In this document: one piece after another, positions 58,186 through 64,000 of the stretch
Layout of the letters: each line of letters starts with the position of its first letter
Position numbering within the stretch: position 1 is the stretch's first letter
NCBI GenBank assembly: GCA_044229975.1
Contig: JBGARZ010000007.1
Span: 96,001-160,000, forward strand
Direction of reading: 5' to 3'
DNA length: 64,000 bases
From: Polyangiales bacterium
Lineage (GTDB): Bacteria; Myxococcota_A; Polyangia; Polyangiales; Ga0077539
The notes under the pieces: model-generated
What the model saw: only the letters and a program-made list of their open reading frames with translations
The model's database searches: none
Told to the model about the DNA's origin: nothing
Made by a program: the position numbers and the translations under genes

Positions 58186-58959
58186 GTGCGCCGCGCGGGT
58201 CTGATCCTGCTGACGGGGATGGTCCTGGGGTGCGGGGCGTCTCCTGTCGACCAGGTGGTGGACGCCGGTCGCAGGGACACGGGCACGCGCACCGACCGCG
58301 GCGTGGTGGCCGATCGTGGACAGGCCACGGGCGAGGACACCGACCGCGACGGCCTGTGCGATCGCACCGAGCAGAAGAACGGCACCGACCCGACGCTCGC
58401 GGACACCGACGGCGACGGGCTCACCGACCTCTTCGAGCTGCGCGCGGGGGATGATCCGCGCAACCCGAGCGACCCCTTGGCGGTCGATCGGGTGCAGCTC
58501 CGCGAGGCGCCCGAAGAGGTGGTGGTCACGGACTACGGCGTGGTCATCGATGGCGCCGAAGAGGGCGACGTGCTCACCGCGCTCTGGCAAGACCGCGGCG
58601 CGGGCGTCGACGACCGGCTCGCGAGCGCGTGGGTGTCCTTCGACCTGATCGCGCTCTCGGCCGACCCGGCGGGCGTGGTCGATCAGATCAGCGGTCCGCG
58701 CTTCGTGGGCGTGCGGGGTCGCACGCGGTTGACGTGGCGGCTCACCACGCGCTCTCGCAGCGGCGCGACCGACCGCGATGCAGGCGTGACGCGGCTCGGG
58801 TGCCGGCGGGCGTACGAGTTCGTGGTGGCGGTGTTCGCGGCGGGGGGCGACGCGCTGCGGGTGCGCCGGATGACCCTCGACGTGCTGGGCGCGCGCACTG
58901 GCGGGACGTGGCCCGACATCGACGCCGAGGGCTTCTGCCAGCCCGCGCAGTGCAACTGA
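58186..58959 (+). CDS. Lipoprotein with bacterial TSP3-like Ca-binding repeats
   Basis: Lipobox MVLGC; DTDRDGLCDRTE..GTDPTLADTDGDGLTDLFE. Confidence 0.75.
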   Translation: MRRAGLILLTGMVLGCGASPVDQVVDAGRRDTGTRTDRGVVADRGQATGEDTDRDGLCDRTEQKNGTDPTLADTDGDGLTDLFELRAGDDPRNPSDPLAVDRVQLREAPEEVVVTDYGVVIDGAEEGDVLTALWQDRGAGVDDRLASAWVSFDLIALSADPAGVVDQISGPRFVGVRGRTRLTWRLTTRSRSGATDRDAGVTRLGCRRAYEFVVAVFAAGGDALRVRRMTLDVLGARTGGTWPDIDAEGFCQPAQCN

Positions 58960-58960
58960 A

Positions 58961-60385
58961 CTACGGGCAGCGCGAGGCGTCGGCGCAGAGCGAGAAGCCG
59001 CCCGCGCGCGGCGAGGTGCAGCAGCGCAGGTCGTCGTCGGCGCAGGCGGTACACGGGCAGGTGTTGCAGGTCGGCTCGACGCGGGTGTAGCGGCACTCGC
59101 CGTCGAGGCAGACATCCGTGGTGCCGCACTCCTCGCCGCAGTCGCCGCAGTGGAGCGGTGAGCTCCTGCGGTCGACGCACTCGCGCCCGCACAGGGTCAT
59201 CGGCGCGCGGCAGTCGGCGGGCGGACGGCACATGCCGTTGACGCACGCGTTGGGGCTCACGCAGGCGTTGTTGATGCGACCGCAGTGGTCGCGGTTGCTC
59301 TGGAGGTCGACGCAGCGGCTGCCCGTGCGGGTAAGCCCGGGGCGGCACACGCACGCGCCGCCCTGGCAGGTCTCGTCGGAGTCGCACTCGTTGCCGACGC
59401 GGCCGCAGTTCTCGGGGTCGACCTGCGTCGCCACGCAGCGCCCGTCGCCGTCGGCTACGGTGCCCGCGCGGCACTGGCAGCGGCCGGCGGTGCAGGTGCG
59501 ATCGGCGGCGCAGACGGTTCCGCAGGCGCCGCAGTTGGCGGGGTCGTTGGTGCGGTTGACGCAGCGGCCGCCGCACGACGCGAGGCCGCCGGTGCACTGG
59601 CAGCTCCCCGCGACGCACGCCTCGCCGGCGCCGCACGCCCGCCCGCACGCGCCGCAGTGGGCGCGATCGGTGAGGGTGCTCACGCAGGCGCCCGCGCAGA
59701 GGGTCTGCGTAGCGGGACAGGCGCACATGCTGAAGGTGCACATCTGACCGGGACCACACGCGACCCCGCAGCGCCCGCAGTTGGCCATGTCGAAGCGGAA
59801 GTCGACGCAGCGCCCGGCGCAGGGGAAGAGCGGCGCGGTGCAGTCGGGCTGGCAGGAGCCGTCGACGCAGCGCTGGCTGCTGGGGCAGACCCGGCCGCAC
59901 GAGCCGCAGTGGCGGAGGTCGGTGCGAAGGTCGTAGCAGGCGGCGCCGCACGCGGAGAGGCCCGGCGCGCAGGTGCTGCCGGTATCAGCAACGACGGGGA
60001 CATCGGGCGCGACCGGGACGTCGGGTTCGGTGGGAACGTCGGCTTCGATGGGAACGTCGGGCGTGACCGGGACGTCAGTGGGATCGACGACGTCGGGCGC
60101 GATCGGGACATCAGGCGCGATCGGGAGGTCGATGGGCAGGAGGGCGTCCGTCGGCGCGTCGTCACCGAGCGTGTCGGGCGCGACGTCCGCGCCTGCGTCG
60201 ACGCTGGTGTCGGCGACGGACCGATCGGGCGGGACGACGGGCGCGTCGCGCTCACCCGCGTCGACCGGGACGACGTCGCTCGTGGGGATGCGAAGGAGGC
60301 GCGTCTCGTCGGGGGACACCAGGATCCCGCAGCCCGCGGCGACGACGGCGAGGAGGGCGATGGCCGTGCGCGGACGGGTGATCAT
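58961..60385 (-). CDS. Stig1-like Cys-rich repeat lipoprotein with PDVP linker
   Basis: Lipobox VAAGC; seven CxxxxxDxxH/NCGxCxxxC repeats; PDVP hexapeptide repeats. Confidence 0.88.
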   Translation of the reverse strand: MITRPRTAIALLAVVAAGCGILVSPDETRLLRIPTSDVVPVDAGERDAPVVPPDRSVADTSVDAGADVAPDTLGDDAPTDALLPIDLPIAPDVPIAPDVVDPTDVPVTPDVPIEADVPTEPDVPVAPDVPVVADTGSTCAPGLSACGAACYDLRTDLRHCGSCGRVCPSSQRCVDGSCQPDCTAPLFPCAGRCVDFRFDMANCGRCGVACGPGQMCTFSMCACPATQTLCAGACVSTLTDRAHCGACGRACGAGEACVAGSCQCTGGLASCGGRCVNRTNDPANCGACGTVCAADRTCTAGRCQCRAGTVADGDGRCVATQVDPENCGRVGNECDSDETCQGGACVCRPGLTRTGSRCVDLQSNRDHCGRINNACVSPNACVNGMCRPPADCRAPMTLCGRECVDRRSSPLHCGDCGEECGTTDVCLDGECRYTRVEPTCNTCPCTACADDDLRCCTSPRAGGFSLCADASRCP

Positions 60386-60527
60386 GGCCCTGCGGACGAT
60401 ACACCACTGCCGCGATCGGACGGCGTTTCGATCGGTCGCGGGATGACGTACGCCGCTCAGGTCGAGGACCGAACCGTCGAGCTCGCGTCCCCTTGTGCTC
60501 CGCTCTTGATGGGTGCTGAATCCCACG

Positions 60528-63500
60528 ATGCACCCTCCTGCGGCGCGCTCGCGTACCCCCGCCGTGCTCGGTCTCCTCGGCGGACTCGTCGCCCTCTGGA
60601 CCGGCGGAACCGCCAGCCTCATCGCGCTCTCCGACCCGCCCGCGCTGCCCACCATGCGCTCGTCGCTTGCGCCCGCAACGCGGCTCAGGCCGCCGACGCC
60701 CGTCACGCTGACGCCGTTTCCGCGCTCGCTCGACGAGCTCCGCGCCCTCAACGCCGAGGCCACCCGCCTTCGCCCCGACGCCCGCTTCGTCGCTGCCTTC
60801 GCCGAGGTGCAGCGCCTCCGCGGTCGACCCAACGCCGTCGCCACCACACAGTTCGCGCGTGACCACTGGGTCGTCTCCGTCGACGGTCAGGCTGTCGGCG
60901 AGCTGCCCCTCCTCGCGACGCCCGCCGACGCGCTCACGTCGCTCACTCGCTCGGTCCCCGCGAGGGCGCCGATCCCGCCCGACAACACCGCGCCTCGGCA
61001 CGTCGCCGACGTCGCCCCCGGCGCCGAGATCGCCGCCCTCCGCGCGCTCGCGGGGCCCGTCACCGCCGCCGGACCGCCCCACCCGGCCGCCGCGGCCCGC
61101 GCGCTCGCGGTGCTGTTCCATCGCACCTTCGATCGCGTCGACGCCAACGACGCCCTCGCGGCCCGCGCGCTCGCCGCCGCCGCATGGGCCCGCGCGGTGG
61201 GCTCGCCCGCGCCCGATGCCGAGGTGCTCGTCGCCCAGGAGATGGCGTACCCCGCAAACGCGCGGGTGCTCGCGGCACCCCTCGTCCCGAGCGACCCGGT
61301 GCGCCTCTACCTCGACGAGCAGCAGCGCCTCGGCTTCGTGCCCCGGCCCGGCGCCAACTACCTCCACTACCGCGTGATGGCGTCCTTCCACGCCCCGGAG
61401 GGACCAGACGTCGTCGCGCAGATGCCGGCGGAGATGCGCCCGTCCCTCGCCATCGTGGGCTGGCTCCCCTGGACGGCGAGCCCCGCCGACTTCGGCGCGC
61501 GCATGACCGCCCTGCAAGAGAGCCCCTCCCGCACCCTGGCCGCGCTCCAGCGAGAGGTGGGCATCGAGCCCGCGAGCTCGCTCCTCGACGACGCGACGGT
61601 GCTCGCTCGCACCGAAGCCCTCCTGGCGCGTCCCCCCGAGGCGCTCCCCTGGCTCGACGCCGGCCTCTCCGCCGCCCGCATCCGCAGCGCCACCTGGAAC
61701 GCCATGCAGCGCTCCCTCGACGTCGAGCTCCAGTCGCGCAGCGATCCCGAAGCAGCTCGTCGCCAGCTCCGCGCCATGGAGCGCGGCGGCTTCCCTGCGA
61801 TGCACCCGATGCTGTCCTGGTTCGGTGCGCTCGTGGACGCGGCGGAGCGCAGCCCCCGACGGCTCGCCGAGAGCGCGGTCAGTCCCGATGCTCTCCCCGG
61901 TACCTTGCGGCTGCGCGCGGCCGACGACTCCTCGGCGTGGGCGAGACGATCGGCGCTCCTCCAGATCGTTCCGCACCTCGACGCGCGCCCGACCCACCGC
62001 GCCGACCTCGCCGAGCTCTTGATGCAGGAGCGCCTCGACCCGCTCTGGCTCCGCGACCTTTGTCGGTCCGTGGTCACAGAGCCCCTCGTCAACGAAGACG
62101 TCGTGGCGGCGTGCCAGCGCCGCGACGCGCACGCCCCCAACTCCCCACCGACTCCGGCCGAGACCCCCGCGCAGATCGAGGCGCGCTTCATCGCCCTCAA
62201 CGCGCACGCCGGGACCTGGATGGCGTCCCGCGCCGAGTACGGTCGCTGGCTCAACGCGCAGGGCCGCGCGGCCGAGACCGTCGCGATGGCCCGCGCGTGG
62301 CTCGCGGCGCATCCCGAAGGGCTGGAGCCCGCCTTCACGCGCACCGGCATGGCGCGCGCCCAGCTCGCGATGAACGACCCCGCCGCCGCATGGACCTCCA
62401 TCGAGCCCGCGCTCGCGAGCTGGCAGGGCGGCGCGATGGAGATGGGCGTCCTCGTGTTGATCGCGCTCAATCGGCTCGACGAAGCCCACACCCTCGCCGA
62501 GCAGCGGCTCGCCCGCTACCCCGGCGTGGAGCAGGCCGCGACCGTCGCGGAGGTTCTCTGGCGGCAAGATCGGGTCGCCGACGCCGCGCGGGTCCTCGCG
62601 CCGCACGCCCCGCGCGGTGATGTGACGGAGTGGCGCAGCGCCGTCGGCGAGGCCCTCTCGCGGGCCTACGTCTCGCGAGACCCGACGGCAGTCCGTGCCG
62701 CCGCGGACGCGATGGTGCAGGGCGGCCTCGACGTCGGTGCGGTGGAGATGCTCGCGATCGAGCTCGAACGCTACGGCCACCCGACACACGCGCTCGCGGC
62801 GCACGAAGCGTTGAGCGCGCCGGGGCTGCGGGGCATGGCGCTCCTCGCGGTGCGACACCGGCTGGTGGCGGCGGCGCGATCACCCCGCGAGGCCGATCAG
62901 TGGCTGGAGGCGACGGTTCCGCCGCAGGGTCGCGGTCCGGTGGCGATGTTTGCGTTTGGCGAAGGCGAAGATGCGCTCGTGTGGAGCGCCGCCGACAGCG
63001 CCGAGTCCGACGCTGACGGCACGGCGTACCTCTGGCTCCTGCGCGCCGGGGCCCTGCTGCGCGCGCCGCCCGACCCCGCCCGTCGAGCACGTGTAGAGGC
63101 GGCCGTCGCCAACCCGACGGAGCCCTACCACCACATGGCGCGCTACCTCCTCGGCCTGGAGTCGCAAGAGCAGATGCTCAGCCTCCCGACCGCGGACGAC
63201 CGCCGCGCCGAGGTGGCGTTCTGGGTCGCGTATCGCGCTCACTGCGAGGGCCATCTGGAGGAAGCCGCAGAGTGGTATCGCTTCGTCGCGCGACGCGGAC
63301 CCGAGAGCGAAGGTGAGGTGGGCTGGGCGCTCCGCCCGCTGCGCCGATGGAGCGACTCGGCCGGGTGGCTCGACGCGGTCGTCGACCCCTGGGCGCAGGC
63401 TCACGCGGGTGTTGTTCCGACGGCCGAGCCCGTCGCCGCCGAAGAGCCCTCCGCAGGGGGAAGGCATCACCGCGGCCGTCACCGTTCACCCGGCGGCGGT

Positions 63501-63554
63501 CATCATCACCGTCGTCACCACTCGGGTCTCCACCTTCACGGAGCGCGCTCATGA
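60528..63554 (+). CDS. Large TPR-like membrane-anchored protein with a His/Arg-rich tail
   Basis: N-terminal TM segment; helical repeats (AEVAFWVAYRAHCEGHLEEAAEWY); tail HHRGRHRSPGGGHHHRRHH. Confidence 0.75.
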   Translation: MHPPAARSRTPAVLGLLGGLVALWTGGTASLIALSDPPALPTMRSSLAPATRLRPPTPVTLTPFPRSLDELRALNAEATRLRPDARFVAAFAEVQRLRGRPNAVATTQFARDHWVVSVDGQAVGELPLLATPADALTSLTRSVPARAPIPPDNTAPRHVADVAPGAEIAALRALAGPVTAAGPPHPAAAARALAVLFHRTFDRVDANDALAARALAAAAWARAVGSPAPDAEVLVAQEMAYPANARVLAAPLVPSDPVRLYLDEQQRLGFVPRPGANYLHYRVMASFHAPEGPDVVAQMPAEMRPSLAIVGWLPWTASPADFGARMTALQESPSRTLAALQREVGIEPASSLLDDATVLARTEALLARPPEALPWLDAGLSAARIRSATWNAMQRSLDVELQSRSDPEAARRQLRAMERGGFPAMHPMLSWFGALVDAAERSPRRLAESAVSPDALPGTLRLRAADDSSAWARRSALLQIVPHLDARPTHRADLAELLMQERLDPLWLRDLCRSVVTEPLVNEDVVAACQRRDAHAPNSPPTPAETPAQIEARFIALNAHAGTWMASRAEYGRWLNAQGRAAETVAMARAWLAAHPEGLEPAFTRTGMARAQLAMNDPAAAWTSIEPALASWQGGAMEMGVLVLIALNRLDEAHTLAEQRLARYPGVEQAATVAEVLWRQDRVADAARVLAPHAPRGDVTEWRSAVGEALSRAYVSRDPTAVRAAADAMVQGGLDVGAVEMLAIELERYGHPTHALAAHEALSAPGLRGMALLAVRHRLVAAARSPREADQWLEATVPPQGRGPVAMFAFGEGEDALVWSAADSAESDADGTAYLWLLRAGALLRAPPDPARRARVEAAVANPTEPYHHMARYLLGLESQEQMLSLPTADDRRAEVAFWVAYRAHCEGHLEEAAEWYRFVARRGPESEGEVGWALRPLRRWSDSAGWLDAVVDPWAQAHAGVVPTAEPVAAEEPSAGGRHHRGRHRSPGGGHHHRRHHSGLHLHGARS

Positions 63555-64000
63555 ACGCCACCGCGCCGATGCCCTACCGCGACTTCAATCCGTCGTCCGC
63601 TTCCGCCGCCGCCGCGCCGCCGAGGCTCTGGACCCTCGCGCTAGGCGTCGTCTTCACTGCGGGCGTCACGCTCGTGGGCTTCGTCCTGACGCTCGGCGTC
63701 TTCGCCATCGCGTTCGCGGCGCGCCTCTCTCGTGCTGGTCGTCCCCCGTCGCCGCTGGCGCTCGTCGAGTCGATGAGCGAGTTCGCGCTCACGGGTCCCG
63801 GGGTGCTCGCGAGCGGCCTCGTGACGGCCCTCGCCTTCGGCGGAACCTCCCTGCTCGCGGGCATCCTCTCCGACGCGGGAGCGCGTGCGCGACTGCGACT
63901 GGGGCCGTCGCGGCGGTGGTTCGCGACGGGGCTCGTGGCGACGTTTCAGCTCGTGGGCTTCGGGATGATGGCGTCGCAGGTGGCGACGTTCCTGGGGATG
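63551..64000 (+). CDS. Membrane protein, possibly a CPBP (Abi/CAAX) protease; truncated by the window end
   Basis: ATGA overlap; PYR motif, hydrophobic helices, RARLRLGPS; the catalytic EE motif is not within the window. Confidence 0.5.
   Translation, partial: MNATAPMPYRDFNPSSASAAAAPPRLWTLALGVVFTAGVTLVGFVLTLGVFAIAFAARLSRAGRPPSPLALVESMSEFALTGPGVLASGLVTALAFGGTSLLAGILSDAGARARLRLGPSRRWFATGLVATFQLVGFGMMASQVATFLGM

Overview
Very GC-rich bacterial DNA whose gene content (Cys-rich lipoproteins, Hanks-type kinase, roadblock protein, MopE/Stig1-like repeats) suggests Myxococcota (Polyangiales-like); this assignment is an inference. Main content: a membrane-anchored sulfatase-like gene; a complete Wsp/ACF-like chemosensory operon (cheW-cheR/TPR-cheW-MCP-cheA-cheB-triple-REC kinase); an AT-richer insert (about 12.8-17.8 kb) encoding a 1435-aa unknown protein with a pore-forming-toxin-like Ser/Gly hairpin and a DUF3238-like tip; an NHL/Ig lipoprotein; housekeeping genes (ABC-F, panE, GIY-YIG, MAPEG, three parvulin PPIases, zapA, pncA, enoyl-CoA hydratase); and a kinase-AAA-TPR protein. 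A 6-kb accessory island (38.1-44.8 kb) is bracketed by two pairs of direct repeats. It carries an intact LysR/SnoaL/oxidoreductase module, an unusual SMI1/KNR4-NusG-KOW fusion and a mosaic of short gene fragments (Uma2, IS91 zinc finger, LRR, HppA). A 375-bp element with 130-bp inverted arms lies at 47.3-47.7 kb. No rRNA, tRNA or CRISPR array was recognised. All family calls are motif recognition by eye, not database searches.
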